From positions 47,168 through 111,167 of the forward strand of contig JADJTO010000033.1 of assembly GCA_016711105.1 (NCBI GenBank): a stretch of DNA of 64,000 nucleotides. The letters are read 5' to 3'. The translations under genes and the position numbers were made by a program. Shown here one piece after another: positions 10,660 to 21,296 of this stretch. The first letter of the stretch is position 1, and each line of letters starts with the position of its first letter. This stretch comes from Micropruina sp. (GTDB lineage Bacteria; Actinomycetota; Actinomycetes; Propionibacteriales; Propionibacteriaceae). The notes beneath the pieces are model-generated. The model saw nothing but the letters and a program-made list of their open reading frames with translations. It was not told the origin of the DNA and made no database searches.

Positions 10660-11743
10660 GCCTCGACATCGACCTGATTCGTCGCGCCCCGAAAGTGGCC
10701 TTGCATGATCACCTGGACGGTGGCTTGCGCGCGTCCACCGTGCTGGAACTCGCGAACGAGATCGGCCATCAGCTACCCGCCCAAACCGCGGATGAGCTGG
10801 CCGACTGGTTCTTCGAGGCGGCCGATTCCGGATCGCTGGTGCGCTACCTGGAGACGTTCGTACACACGATCGCGGTGATGCAGACCGCCGCCAACCTGCG
10901 CCGGGTGGCCAGGGAGTTCGTTGAGGATCAAGCCGCCGATGGGGTGGTTTACGCCGAAACGCGCTGGGCCCCCGAACAGCACCTCCAGGGCGGCTTGAGC
11001 CTGCGCCAGGCGGTCGAAGCCGTCCGTGACGGGTTGCGTGAAGGAATGGACGTCTGCGCGGCACAAGGCCACCCGATCATCGCCCAGCAGATCGTCACCT
11101 CGATGCGGCACGCTGCCCCGCGGGTCGACATCGCCGACTTGGCGGTGGTGTTGCGCGACGACTCGGTCTGCGGCTTCGACATCGCCGGCGCCGAGGACGG
11201 GTTCCCGCCGAGCCGGTTCATCCCGCCTTCGATCATCTGCGCCGGAATAACGTCGAGTACACGATCCATGCCGGTGAAGCGTTCGGCGTACCGTCGATCT
11301 GGGAGGCCGTCCAACTGTGCGGGGCGTCCCGGCTGGGTCACGGCGTCCGGATCGTCGAGGACATCACCCAGGGCCCGGAAGGGCCGGTGCTGGGGCCGCT
11401 GGCCGCCTACGTTCGCAACCGCCGGATCGCGCTGGAGGTCTGCCCCAGTTCCAACCTGCAAACCGGCATCTGCGCCAGCATCGCCGAGCATCCGATCGGG
11501 GTGCTGGCCGAGCTGAAGTTCCGGGTGACGGTGAGTTGTGACAACCGCCTGGTCAGCCGGACGACGCTCAGCCGGGAGTTCGCCTTGCTCAGCGAGGCGT
11601 TCGGCTACGACCTGGACGACCTTGCCTGGTTCACCCTCAATGCGGCGAAGAGCGCCTTCTACCCCTACGACCGACGGGTTGAGCTGATCGAACGAGTGAT
11701 CGAGCCCGGCTTCGCCGCCCTGGCCCGCGCTACTTCTGAGTAA
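10656..11743 (+). CDS. add: Adenosine deaminase; frame break in C-run ~11224
   Basis: [25 protein letters not shown] (shifted frame), [14 protein letters not shown]. Confidence 0.92.
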
Positions 11744-12037
11744 ACACCGGCATCATGCCGTTGAAGCTCAGCGTCATGCCGAAGCCGTGCGCCACGATGT
11801 AGCCGATGCCGAGAGCGACGCTGAGCAGCACGATCCCGAACAGCACGCGGCGATCACCCGTCCGATCGGATGCGGACGGGAGGTCACGCCTTCGGGGGTC
11901 AGTTGGGCGTCGCCGGCCACGCCCCACGCCAGAGCGCGGACGCCGAGCGCGAACAGCGTCGGGAGCCCCGCCCCCAGCAGTAGGCCGACCGCGAGGACCT
12001 TCCAGCCCGCGTCGAGGGCCGCCATCACCTGATTCAT
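11730..12037 (-). CDS. Small two-TM membrane protein coupled to pit; frame break ~11845
   Basis: [22 protein letters not shown]...[17 protein letters not shown]; ATGA overlap with the pit stop. Confidence 0.75.
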
Positions 12038-13248
12038 CGGGTACCTCCCACGGGGACCTTCTCCGGGGAGGGTGTCCACTCATCGTTGACGTTGTGATGG
12101 CCGATCGGTTCGCGCCGCGAATGGATCCACATCCAGGCCGCCAGCCCCACCATCACGGCGAAGATCACCAGCGGGCCGGCCACGCCGCCAAGCAGGTGGC
12201 CCACCAGCCACATCAGTGCACCGACCAGCCCGGCGCTGGGAATTGTGGTGAGCCAGGCGGCGAACATCCGTCCGGCCACGTTCCAGCGGACGGTCGCCCC
12301 GCGCTTACCCAGCCCCGAACCGAGGATCGACCCGGTTGCCACGTGAGTGGTGGACAGGGCGAAGCCCAGTTGGCTGGACGACAAGATGACCGCGGCCGAG
12401 GCACTTTCGGCCGCCATGCCCTGTGGAGAGGAGATCTCCACCAAGCCCTTGCCCATGGTCCGGATGATCCGCCAGCCGCCGAGATAGGTGCCCAGCGCAA
12501 TGGCGAACGCGCAGGTCACCTTGACCCACAGCGGCACCGAATGGGTATCTGTCCACACGCCGGCGCCGATCAGGGCCAGCGTGATCACGCCCATGGTCTT
12601 CTGGGCGTCGTTGGTGCCGTGCGAGAGTGACACCAACGAGGCGGTGCCGATCTGGCCCCAGCGGAAGCCCTCTTCCCGGTACCGCAGAGCGATGTTCTCG
12701 GTCACCTTGAACACCAGCCGGGTGCCCACCATGGCAACGAGCAGTGCCACCAGAGGCGAGATCAGGCCGGGCAGCAGGATCTTCCCGACCACACCGTCGA
12801 GCTTCGTGCCGGTGCCGGCCCACTTCACGCCCTCCCAGCCCAGGCCGGCGATGGTCGAGCCGATCAGCCCACCGAACAAAGCGTGTGATGAGCTGGAAGG
12901 TAACCCCCACAACCACGTGATCAGGTTCCACATGATCGCTCCGACCAGACCTGCCAGGACGATCAGCAGCAAGTTGTAGCCGCCGTCGGCGAGCAGTTCT
13001 GGTCGAGGCGATCCGTCCGCGGCCTGGATGTTCACCACCGCGTTCGTCACGGTCAGGGCCACTTCGACGGACAGGAAGGCGCCAATCAGGTTCAGTGCCG
13101 CGCAGAGGAGGACCGCTGCTTTGGGGCTGAGCGCTTTGGTGGCGATCGACGTGGCCATGGCGTTGGCCGTGTCGCGAAAACCGTTGGTGAAGTCGAAGGT
13201 CAGGGCCGTCACGACGACCAAGCCCAACAAGAGGAACTCGGGGGACAC
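12034..13248 (-). CDS. pit: PiT-family inorganic phosphate transporter
   Basis: FDFTNGF(R)DTANAMAT, GLPSSSSHAL, SHGTNDAQKTMG, LSTTHV. Confidence 0.93.
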   Translation of the reverse strand: MSPEFLLLGLVVVTALTFDFTNGFRDTANAMATSIATKALSPKAAVLLCAALNLIGAFLSVEVALTVTNAVVNIQAADGSPRPELLADGGYNLLLIVLAGLVGAIMWNLITWLWGLPSSSSHALFGGLIGSTIAGLGWEGVKWAGTGTKLDGVVGKILLPGLISPLVALLVAMVGTRLVFKVTENIALRYREEGFRWGQIGTASLVSLSHGTNDAQKTMGVITLALIGAGVWTDTHSVPLWVKVTCAFAIALGTYLGGWRIIRTMGKGLVEISSPQGMAAESASAAVILSSSQLGFALSTTHVATGSILGSGLGKRGATVRWNVAGRMFAAWLTTIPSAGLVGALMWLVGHLLGGVAGPLVIFAVMVGLAAWMWIHSRREPIGHHNVNDEWTPSPEKVPVGGTR

Positions 13249-13292
13249 GCTTTCATCGTAAGGCCGAACTCGTCGGGGAGGGAATCGGCAGA

Positions 13293-13336
13293 ATTCATGG
13301 AAGATTCAAGTTTCGCCCTCCCAAAGTTCACCCGCA
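13293..13336. promoter_or_regulatory. Putative PHO-box-like (PhoP/RegX3-type) 11-nt direct repeats upstream of pit
   Basis: ATTCATGGAAG / ATTCAAGTTTC / GCCCTCCCAAA / GTTCACCCGCA in 11-nt register; pit -10 TACGAT at 13255-13260. Confidence 0.55.
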
Positions 13337-13479
13337 GAACAGGGTGCGCCGGGTGACCTCTGTCCCTGCCGGATCGTCCGCCGGAAGTCCCCTTAGGGGC
13401 CACTGACAAGGGTGGGACCTGCTCACTACGCTGAGGCCACGCACCTCTGGTGCGCCATCACCTAGGTTCAGGGGGACAC

Positions 13480-13812
13480 ATGGGGGAAAATTTCGAGATC
13501 ACCAAGGACGACAAGGGCGGTTTTCACTTCAAGTTGCGCACGGCGGAGGGGAGGACTCTGCTGCGCAGCGAGGCCTACACGGCGAAAGCGTCGGCCAAGA
13601 ACGGCATCGACTCGGTGCGGAAGAACGCCGACGTCCCAGGGCGTCTCACCGTCAGCCAGGCCAAGGACGGTCGTCCGTACCTCAACCTGCGGGCTGCGAA
13701 CGGTCAGGTCGTGGGGACGAGCCCGATGTTCGCCGATTCGGCCACCTGCGAGGCAGCGATTGCTGCGATCCGCGGCGGCGCTGCCCGCGCCGGCATCGTG
13801 GACAACGCCTGA
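13480..13812 (+). CDS. YegP/DUF1508 family protein (two repeats)
   Basis: FHFKLRTAEGRTLLRSEAY..KASAKNGIDSV and YLNLRAANGQVVGTSPMF. Confidence 0.88.
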   Translation: MGENFEITKDDKGGFHFKLRTAEGRTLLRSEAYTAKASAKNGIDSVRKNADVPGRLTVSQAKDGRPYLNLRAANGQVVGTSPMFADSATCEAAIAAIRGGAARAGIVDNA

Positions 13813-13932
13813 ACGAGGTCGCCCACTCGGCCCAACCCGCGGTCGGGACCCTGCTGTCCGATTCGATCACGGGTCGCCCGGCGGGACTTCGTCGCGCCGG
13901 GTGCGAGGGCAAGGTGCCCTAGGATGCGGCCC

Positions 13933-15717
13933 ATGAGCACTCCCATCCTGACCGCTGTGGCGTGGCCCTATGCCAATGGACCTCGCCACATCGGGCACGT
14001 CTCCGGTTTCGGCGTCCCCTCAGACGTGTTCTCCCGCTACATGCGGATGGCCGGGCATGACGTGCTGATGGTCTCGGGCACCGACGAGCATGGCACCGCG
14101 ATCCAGGTGCAGGCCGACAAGGAGGGGCTGACTCCCCGCCAGACGGCCGACAAGTACCACCGGGTGATAGCCGAGGATCTCCAGGCACTTGGCTGCTCCT
14201 ACGACCTGTACACCCGCACCACGACGCTGAATCATCGCGCGGTGGTGCAGGAACTCTTCGGCGCGCTGCACGCCAACGGCTACCTCGTGGCGCAGAAGGA
14301 GATGGGGGCGATCAGCCCGTCCACCGGCCGCACCCTTCCCGACCGCTACATCGAAGGCACCTGCCCGCATTGCAGCTACGACGGGGCCCGGGGCGACCAG
14401 TGCGACAACTGCGGACGCCAACTGGACCCGATCGATCTGCTGAACCCGCGCTCCCGGATCAACGGAGAAGTGCCCGAGTTCCGAGAGACCGAGCACTTCT
14501 TCCTCGACCTGCCGGCCGTGGCCGATGCCCTCGGCGAGTGGTTGCAGACGCGGACGGACTGGCGTCCGAACGTGATGAAGTTCAGCCAGAACCTGCTCGA
14601 GGAACTGCGTCCCCGAGCGATCACGCGCGACCTCGACTGGGGCGTGCCGATCCCGCTGGAGGAGTGGCGGGACGCTCCGATGAAGCGGATCTACGTCTGG
14701 TTCGACGCGGTGATCGGCTACCTGTCAGCGGCTGTGGAGTGGGCCCGCCGCTCCGGCGATCCGGACGCGTGGAAGCACTGGTGGGCCAACCAGGACGCCC
14801 GCTCGTATTACTTCATGGGCAAGGACAACATCACCTTCCATTCGGTGATCTGGCCCGGCATCCTGCTCGGCGCGAACGGCCAGGGTGCCCACGGCGGCAA
14901 GCCGAGCCGCTTCGGCCCGCTGGACCTGCCTACCGAGGTGGTTTCCAGCGAGTACCTGACCATGTCGGGCTCGAAGCTCGCCTCGTCCCGCGGGCACGTG
15001 ATCTACGTCCGCGACTTCCTGCGCGAGTTCGGCCCGGACGCCCTGCGCTACTTCATCGCGGTGGCCGGCCCGGAGAACCAGGACGCCGACTTCACCTGGG
15101 ACGAGTTCGTCCGTCGGGTGAACTTCGAACTGGCCAACGAGTGGGGCAACCTGGTCAACCGGTCGATCTCCATGGCGCACAAGAACGTCGGCGCGATCCC
15201 GGCTGCCGGCGAGCTGACCGAGCCCGACCTGGCCCTGCTCAACGCCTCCCAGGAGGCCTTCGGCACAGTGGGTGACCTCTGGGGTCGCTGCAAGTTCAAG
15301 GCGGCCACCTCAGAGGTGATGCGGATCGTGGGCTTGGCCAACAAGTACCTCTCCGATCAGCAGCCCTGGAAGCTCAAGGACGACCCCCAGCGGCGCGACA
15401 CGGTGCTGTACGTGGCCCTGCAGGTGGTCGCCGACTGCAACGCCCTGTTCACGCCGTTGCTGCCGCACGCCTCTCAGAAGGTCTTCGAGGCGCTCGGAGG
15501 CAGTGGCATCTGGGCCGCGCTGCCCGAGCTGGCCGAGGTGTCAGAAGAGGGCAACGACGACTACTCGGTGCTGCGCGGGGACTACGTGAACCAGCAGGCG
15601 GTCTGGGCCTCCCGTCCGCTGGTGGCCGGAACGCCCCTGACCAAACCGTCCCCGATCTTCGCCAAGCTGGACGACAAGCTGGGTGAGACCGGCCCGGAGT
15701 GGGCGCCGATCGCTTAG
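13933..15717 (+). CDS. metG: Methionine--tRNA ligase
   Basis: [20 protein letters not shown], Zn knuckles [22 protein letters not shown]. Confidence 0.97.
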   Translation: MSTPILTAVAWPYANGPRHIGHVSGFGVPSDVFSRYMRMAGHDVLMVSGTDEHGTAIQVQADKEGLTPRQTADKYHRVIAEDLQALGCSYDLYTRTTTLNHRAVVQELFGALHANGYLVAQKEMGAISPSTGRTLPDRYIEGTCPHCSYDGARGDQCDNCGRQLDPIDLLNPRSRINGEVPEFRETEHFFLDLPAVADALGEWLQTRTDWRPNVMKFSQNLLEELRPRAITRDLDWGVPIPLEEWRDAPMKRIYVWFDAVIGYLSAAVEWARRSGDPDAWKHWWANQDARSYYFMGKDNITFHSVIWPGILLGANGQGAHGGKPSRFGPLDLPTEVVSSEYLTMSGSKLASSRGHVIYVRDFLREFGPDALRYFIAVAGPENQDADFTWDEFVRRVNFELANEWGNLVNRSISMAHKNVGAIPAAGELTEPDLALLNASQEAFGTVGDLWGRCKFKAATSEVMRIVGLANKYLSDQQPWKLKDDPQRRDTVLYVALQVVADCNALFTPLLPHASQKVFEALGGSGIWAALPELAEVSEEGNDDYSVLRGDYVNQQAVWASRPLVAGTPLTKPSPIFAKLDDKLGETGPEWAPIA

Positions 15718-16292
15718 CGGCGCAACTGACGCTCGGCCTCAGCCATGGAGACCGCCACGAAACCGTTGGCGAGGGCTCGGCCACGCAGGGCCGGCTGGTC
15801 CTTCCACAACGCCAGCCCCCGGCGCAGTAACACCGGGATCGGCTTGCGTTTCTGGGCCAGGTCGCGGCGCATCCGGAGCCAGGTGACCACCGCACGGGGC
15901 CGATCCAGGTAGAGACCGCTCGCGCGGATTCCAGCGGCCCGACAGAGCGGGAGGGCCTCGATCGCGAAAATCCCCTCGGCCAGCAGGATCGGCGCGGTCC
16001 GATCCAGCGTCACCAGGTGGCTGCCCATCGCTCTACTCAGCGGGATCGAATACGTCGGGGCGTTGGTGCGGCCGGTGCTGAGCAGGTCGTTGATGGCTCG
16101 CACTGCCGCTTCGCCGTCCCACGTGGCCGGATCGTCCCAATCGACGATGCCATGAGTCCGGGGGAGGCCAGGGGCGTCGGCATCGCGGTAGAAGTCATCC
16201 AAACGCAGGCACGGATGGCCTGAGCGGCGCACCAATCTGGACTTCCCGCTCCCCGACGGGCCGGCGATCAGCACCAGTTGGGGAGCGGTCAT
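15714..16292 (-). CDS. Uridine kinase-like P-loop kinase
   Basis: [27 protein letters not shown]. Confidence 0.75.
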   Translation of the reverse strand: MTAPQLVLIAGPSGSGKSRLVRRSGHPCLRLDDFYRDADAPGLPRTHGIVDWDDPATWDGEAAVRAINDLLSTGRTNAPTYSIPLSRAMGSHLVTLDRTAPILLAEGIFAIEALPLCRAAGIRASGLYLDRPRAVVTWLRMRRDLAQKRKPIPVLLRRGLALWKDQPALRGRALANGFVAVSMAEAERQLRR

Positions 16293-16337
16293 GAACGCTC
16301 ATTCTAGGGCTAGGCTCGTGGTGGAAAGGTCATCGCC

Positions 16338-16838
16338 ATGAGCGTCCACATCGTCTACGAATCCTTGTTCGGCAACACCAGATTGGTGGCCGAAGCCATC
16401 GCGGAAGGTTTCCGCTCGGGGGGTGTGGAGACAGCCGTCGGCAGAGTCGCCGAGGCGGCACCGGAACTGCCCGAGGGGACCGACCTGCTGCTGGTCGGGG
16501 GGCCGGTGCACGCGTTCGGGATGACCCAGCAGACAACCCGGGAAGACGCCGTCCGGCAGGGTGCCACCGAGGGTGACACGAAGGTCGGCCTGCGGGAGTG
16601 GATTTCTGGGATCACGCCGCAACCCGGTTTACGGGTCCTCACCTTCGACACCCATGTGACCCAGAAGTGGGTGCCAGGCTCGGCTGCCAAGCAGGCTGCG
16701 GAGGCGCTGGAGCTGCGGGGCTTCGCCAAGGCTGAGCGTGGGGAAACGTTCTACGTCCACGGGATCACCGGCCCCTTGGCCGACGGCGAACAGGAGCGGG
16801 CCAAGGCGTGGGGCGCTCGGCTGGCCGACCGCTTCTGA
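16338..16838 (+). CDS. Flavodoxin-domain protein
   Basis: IVYESLFGNT FMN loop, VGGPVHAFG, GPLADGEQERAKAWG. Confidence 0.88.
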   Translation: MSVHIVYESLFGNTRLVAEAIAEGFRSGGVETAVGRVAEAAPELPEGTDLLLVGGPVHAFGMTQQTTREDAVRQGATEGDTKVGLREWISGITPQPGLRVLTFDTHVTQKWVPGSAAKQAAEALELRGFAKAERGETFYVHGITGPLADGEQERAKAWGARLADRF

Positions 16839-18488
16839 TCACAGCCCCAGGGCTTGTGCCACGTCGCCCCGGGCACGCGCCAGCATCGCCTCGGCAGCTT
16901 CCCGTGCCGCCGCCAGGTCCTGGGACTCCTCGACCGGCAGGCTGACCTGCAGGTAGCACTTCAGCTTCGGCTCGGTCCCCGAGGGCCGGACGACCACCCG
17001 CACCCGTTCGCCGCTGAACAGCAGCCCGTCCGTTGGTGGCAGGTCACCACCCTCGCCGGCCAGATCGGTGAAGCTGACCGGCTGCCCGCCCAGGCTGACC
17101 GGCGGGGCGAGCCGCAGCCGCTGCATCGCCGCGTCGATCAGCGACAGGTCGTCCACCCGGTAGGCCAACTGGGCGGTGACGTGCAGACCGTAGCTGCGGG
17201 CGATGTCGTCCAGGAGGTCGGCCACGGTCCTCCCCGCGGCCTTCAGTTCGGCCGCGAGCGCCAGCACCCGGAGCAGGGTCGTGATGCCGTCCTTGTCTGG
17301 GACCGCCGCCGAATCGGTGCAGTAGCCGATCGCCTCTTCGTAGCCGAAGGCCAGGTTCGGCACCCGTCCGATCCACTTGAACCCGGTCAGGGTGGCTTGG
17401 AACGGCTGGCCATGGGCGGCCGCCATCCGGGAGAGCAGGGTGCTGGAGACGATAGAGCACGCATAGGTGCCCTGGGCGCCGGAGCGGAGCGCCTTCTCGG
17501 CCAGGATCGAGCCCAACTCATCGCCGGTGAGCATCCGCCAGACCCCGTTGAACGGCGCCGCGACCGCGCAGCGATCCGCGTCCGGGTCGTTGGCGATGGC
17601 CAGGTCCGCCCCGGTTTCGGCGGCCACGGCCAGGGCAAGGTCCATCGCCCCGCGCTCCTCGGGGTTGGGGAAGGGAACCGTCGGGAAGGTGGGGTCCGGC
17701 TCCACCTGCGCAGCCACCTCGGCCGGCGCCGGGAAGCCGCTGCGTTCCACGACGGCCCGGACGATAGCCGCGCCCACGCCGTGCATCGCGGTGTAGGCCC
17801 AGCGGAACTCGCGCGGTGCCTCGGGCGCAACCAGCGATGCGGCGCGGGTCAGGTAGGCCTCGACCAGGTCGTCGCCCACCGGCCGGTGGCTGGTCGAGCG
17901 CGGAAGGGCGCTCAGCGGCCCGATCGACGCCGCCTCGATCGCGGTCGCAATGTCGGCGTCCGCCGGGGGGATGATCTGTGAACCGTCCCCCAGATAGACC
18001 TTGTAGCCGTTGTCTTGGGGCGGATTGTGGGAGGCGGTGACCACCACGCCGGCAACGCAGTCGAAGTGCTTGATCCCGAAGGCCACCACGGGGGTGGGGA
18101 GGGCTCGCGAGCAGAGCAGCGGGACGAGGCCCGCACCGGCCATGATCTCCGCGGTGTCGGCGGCGAAGACGTCGGAGTTGTGGCGTGCATCGAAGCCGAT
18201 GATCACCCGGGCTCCAGCCAAGCCGCGGGCCACCAGGTACGCGGCCAAGCCGGCGGCGGCGCGCGGGACGACCACGCGGTTCATCCGAGCCGGGCCTGGT
18301 CCCAGCGGTCCGCGGAGGCCGGCCGTGCCGAACGTCAGCGGCCCGGAGAAGGCGTCAGCCAGTTCGGCGTCGGCGACCGCGTCCCCGGTGATCGCCCGGT
18401 CACGCAGATCCTCCAACCTGGCCCTGGTAGCCGGGTCGGGGTCCTCAACCAGCCAGTCCTGGATGGCCGCGGTGAGCAGTGCGTCCAT
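16839..18488 (-). CDS. Phospho-sugar mutase (PGM/PMM family, nucleoside-salvage context)
   Basis: FGTAGLRG, TASHNP, NDPDADR, GYEEAIG, RPSGTEPKLK. Confidence 0.93.
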   Translation of the reverse strand: MDALLTAAIQDWLVEDPDPATRARLEDLRDRAITGDAVADAELADAFSGPLTFGTAGLRGPLGPGPARMNRVVVPRAAAGLAAYLVARGLAGARVIIGFDARHNSDVFAADTAEIMAGAGLVPLLCSRALPTPVVAFGIKHFDCVAGVVVTASHNPPQDNGYKVYLGDGSQIIPPADADIATAIEAASIGPLSALPRSTSHRPVGDDLVEAYLTRAASLVAPEAPREFRWAYTAMHGVGAAIVRAVVERSGFPAPAEVAAQVEPDPTFPTVPFPNPEERGAMDLALAVAAETGADLAIANDPDADRCAVAAPFNGVWRMLTGDELGSILAEKALRSGAQGTYACSIVSSTLLSRMAAAHGQPFQATLTGFKWIGRVPNLAFGYEEAIGYCTDSAAVPDKDGITTLLRVLALAAELKAAGRTVADLLDDIARSYGLHVTAQLAYRVDDLSLIDAAMQRLRLAPPVSLGGQPVSFTDLAGEGGDLPPTDGLLFSGERVRVVVRPSGTEPKLKCYLQVSLPVEESQDLAAAREAAEAMLARARGDVAQALGL

Positions 18489-18500
18489 GTCGCCGCCCCC

Positions 18501-19305
18501 TCAGAGCCGCTGCAGCAGGCCGGACAGCAGGGTTCGGAGCCGATCCTCGGCTGCGCGACCCGCCTCGACCACCTCGGCGTGGTTCAGCTCGCCCGCCGAG
18601 ATCCCGGCGGCGGCGTTGGTCACCAGGGAGATCCCCAGCACCTCAAGACCCGCCTCGCGGGCGGCAATCGTCTCCAGGGCGGTGGACATGCCCACCAGAT
18701 CGCCACCGATCGTGCGGGCCATCCGGACCTCGGCCGGGGTTTCGTAGGCGGGCCCGGAGAACTGCACGTAGACGCCCGACTCCAGGCTCGGGTCGACCTC
18801 ACGGGCGAGCGCGTTCAGGCGGGCGCTGTAGGCCTGGGGAGAGGTCGATGAAGGTGGCGCCGACCAGCGGCGTTGCTCCGGTGAGGTTGATGTGGTCGCT
18901 GATCAGCACCGGGGTTCCGGGCGTCCACGCCGGGTTGATCCCGCCACAACCGTTGGTCAGCACCAGGGAGGCTGCGCCCAGGGCAGCGGCCGTCCGAACC
19001 CCGTGTACGACGGCGGCCACGCCTTTGCCCTCATAGAAGTGGGTGCGTCCGGTGAAGAGCGCCGCAAGTTTGCCGGTCGGGGTGCGAATCACCCGCAGCA
19101 CCCCGCCGTGGCCGACGACCACGGGAGCGGAGAAGCCGGGAAGGTCACTCAGCGGGCATTCGTCCACGAGTTCGCCCAAGCCAACCGCAGCGGTCGACCA
19201 CCCCGACCCCAGGACGAGGGCCAACTCGACGCCCTCGATTCCGAACCGTGCACGGACGGCGGCGGCGGCCTCAGCGGCCAGCGTTACGGGATCAGCGGTG
19301 ATCAT
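18501..19305 (-). CDS. punA: Purine-nucleoside phosphorylase (trimeric type); frame break in G-run ~18837
   Basis: [45 protein letters not shown]. Confidence 0.92.
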
Positions 19306-19312
19306 CCAGCGA

Positions 19313-19765
19313 CTATAGACCGAGCCACCGACGCCGCTCACCTTCCTCGACCTCGTCGCTCTCCTCCAGTGCGAAGGTTGATCCGGCTCGCTTCGGCAGC
19401 GCCGCGGTGACCAGCACGAGGGCCAGCCCGAGCCCCGACCAGAGCAGTGCCTGCCCGGCGTGGACGAGGGGCGGATTGCCGGTCAGGTAGCTGGCCAGCA
19501 TCAGCAGCACCCCGATCGCCGCGACGCCGCCGGCCAGGCCGAGCGCCAGCCGAGTGAAGGGTCGCAGCGGAAGGCAGCGCAGCCCCAAGTGCACCACGAT
19601 CAGGGCGACGGCGCCGCTGAGCGGGACCGACGAAAGCTCCAACATCCGGCGCTGCAACACGGTGGCTTCGGGCAGCCCGAGCACGATCATGGCCACCGAC
19701 GCGGTGACCAGCAGGGCGGCGCTGATCGCGATCGGGATCGGCCCGATCTGGGGCTGCTCGCTCAT
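19313..19765 (-). CDS. Hypothetical four-TM membrane protein
   Basis: Four hydrophobic stretches, acidic tail, RBS-like GGGAGA before the ATG. Confidence 0.7.
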   Translation of the reverse strand: MSEQPQIGPIPIAISAALLVTASVAMIVLGLPEATVLQRRMLELSSVPLSGAVALIVVHLGLRCLPLRPFTRLALGLAGGVAAIGVLLMLASYLTGNPPLVHAGQALLWSGLGLALVLVTAALPKRAGSTFALEESDEVEEGERRRWLGL

Positions 19766-19852
19766 CGTGGTCTCCCGTCTGGGGCGCTGGTCGTCGGCAC
19801 TGTACCCGGACGACCTGAGGGCGCGGCGTCAGCTTCATGGGAGACTACCGGG

Positions 19853-21262
19853 ATGACGGATGTGGTGATCATCGGGGGCGGTCCGGCCGGGTATGAAGCG
19901 GCCTTGGTGGGCAGCCAACTCGGGGGCCAGGTCACGCTGATCGAGCGGACGGGCATGGGTGGCGCCGCCGTGCTGACCGACGTTGTGCCGTCCAAGACGC
20001 TGATCGCCACGGCCGAGGTGATGGCCAAGATCGGGCAGGCCGAGCAACTCGGTCTGGGTTTGGCCTCGGGTGAACCGTTGGCCCAAGCGATCGCCGTTGA
20101 TCTGGGCACGGTGAACCGCCGGGTGATGGCCCTGGCGAAAGCGCAGTCGTCCGACATTCGGGAACGGCTGCTGCACGAGGGCGTGCGCCTGATCGCCGGG
20201 TCGGGCCGCTTGAACGGCACCTCCGAGGTGATCGCCACCACCGATCAGGGCGAGCAGGGGTTGCCCGCCGACATCATTCTGATCGCGACGGGCGGCACCC
20301 CGCGGGCATTGCCGACCGCTCAGCCGGACGGCGAGCGCATCTTCAACTGGACCCAGATCTACAACCTCGACCGCCTCCCCGAGCGGCTGATCGTGGTGGG
20401 TTCCGGCGTTACCGGGGCCGAGTTCGCCAGCGCCTACAACGCCCTGGGGGTGGACGTGGTGTTGGTGTCGTCGCGGCATCAGGTGCTTCCCGGTCAGGAC
20501 GACGACGCCGGCCGGGTGGTCCAGGGCGTCTTCGAACGCAGCGGCATGACCATCCTTTCCCAGGCGCGGGCCGAATCGGCCCACCGGGAGGGCGACGAGG
20601 TGGTGGTCACGCTGGCCGGCGGCGAGACCGTCCGCGGCTCGCATTGTCTGATGGCGGTGGGCGCCACCCCCAACACCCACGGTCTTGGCCTGGCCGAGGC
20701 CGGCGTGGAGGTCAACGGGTCCGGCCAGATCATCGTCGACAAGGTGTCCCGGACGTCCGCCCGAGGGGTTTACGCCGCGGGCGACTGCACCGGCGTGTTC
20801 GCCCTGGCCTCGGTGGCCGCGATGCAGGGCCGGATCGCGATGTGGCACTCGCTGGGTGACGCTGTCTCGCCGCTCAACCTGTGCACGGTGTCGTCCAACG
20901 TTTTCACCGCACCTGAAATCGCCACGGTCGGGGTCACGCAGGCGCAGGTGGATGCCGGCCTGGTGCGGGCGCTGGCGGTGATGCTGCCGCTGCCGCGCAA
21001 CGCCCGAGCCAAGATGCAGGGGGTTCGGGACGGATTCGTGAAGATCTTCTGCCTGCCCACCACGGGCATCGTGGTCGGTGGGGTCGCGGTGGCTCCTTCG
21101 GCCAGCGAACTCATTCATCCGTTGTCGATTGCGGTGAGCGCCAAGTTGACCGTTGATCAGTTGGCGAACGCCTTCACCGTCTACCCCTCGCTCAGCGGCT
21201 CCCTGGCCGAGGCGGCCCGCCGGCTGCACGGACACTCCGCCGAACAGGTGGTCAGCTTCTGA
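19853..21262 (+). CDS. lpdA: NAD(P)H-quinone dehydrogenase (LpdA-type flavoprotein lacking the redox disulfide)
   Basis: IIGGGPAG, GGAAVLTDVVPSKT, GSGVTGAE, YAAGDCTG, TVYPSLSGS. Confidence 0.9.
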   Translation: MTDVVIIGGGPAGYEAALVGSQLGGQVTLIERTGMGGAAVLTDVVPSKTLIATAEVMAKIGQAEQLGLGLASGEPLAQAIAVDLGTVNRRVMALAKAQSSDIRERLLHEGVRLIAGSGRLNGTSEVIATTDQGEQGLPADIILIATGGTPRALPTAQPDGERIFNWTQIYNLDRLPERLIVVGSGVTGAEFASAYNALGVDVVLVSSRHQVLPGQDDDAGRVVQGVFERSGMTILSQARAESAHREGDEVVVTLAGGETVRGSHCLMAVGATPNTHGLGLAEAGVEVNGSGQIIVDKVSRTSARGVYAAGDCTGVFALASVAAMQGRIAMWHSLGDAVSPLNLCTVSSNVFTAPEIATVGVTQAQVDAGLVRALAVMLPLPRNARAKMQGVRDGFVKIFCLPTTGIVVGGVAVAPSASELIHPLSIAVSAKLTVDQLANAFTVYPSLSGSLAEAARRLHGHSAEQVVSF

Positions 21263-21296
21263 GGCCGACCAACCTTCGGCTTCTCGATCGCCGGCC

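Noticed and set aside
19950-20000. LpdA lacking the CxxxxC redox disulfide
   Set aside because: Known property of actinobacterial LpdA-type NAD(P)H-quinone reductases.
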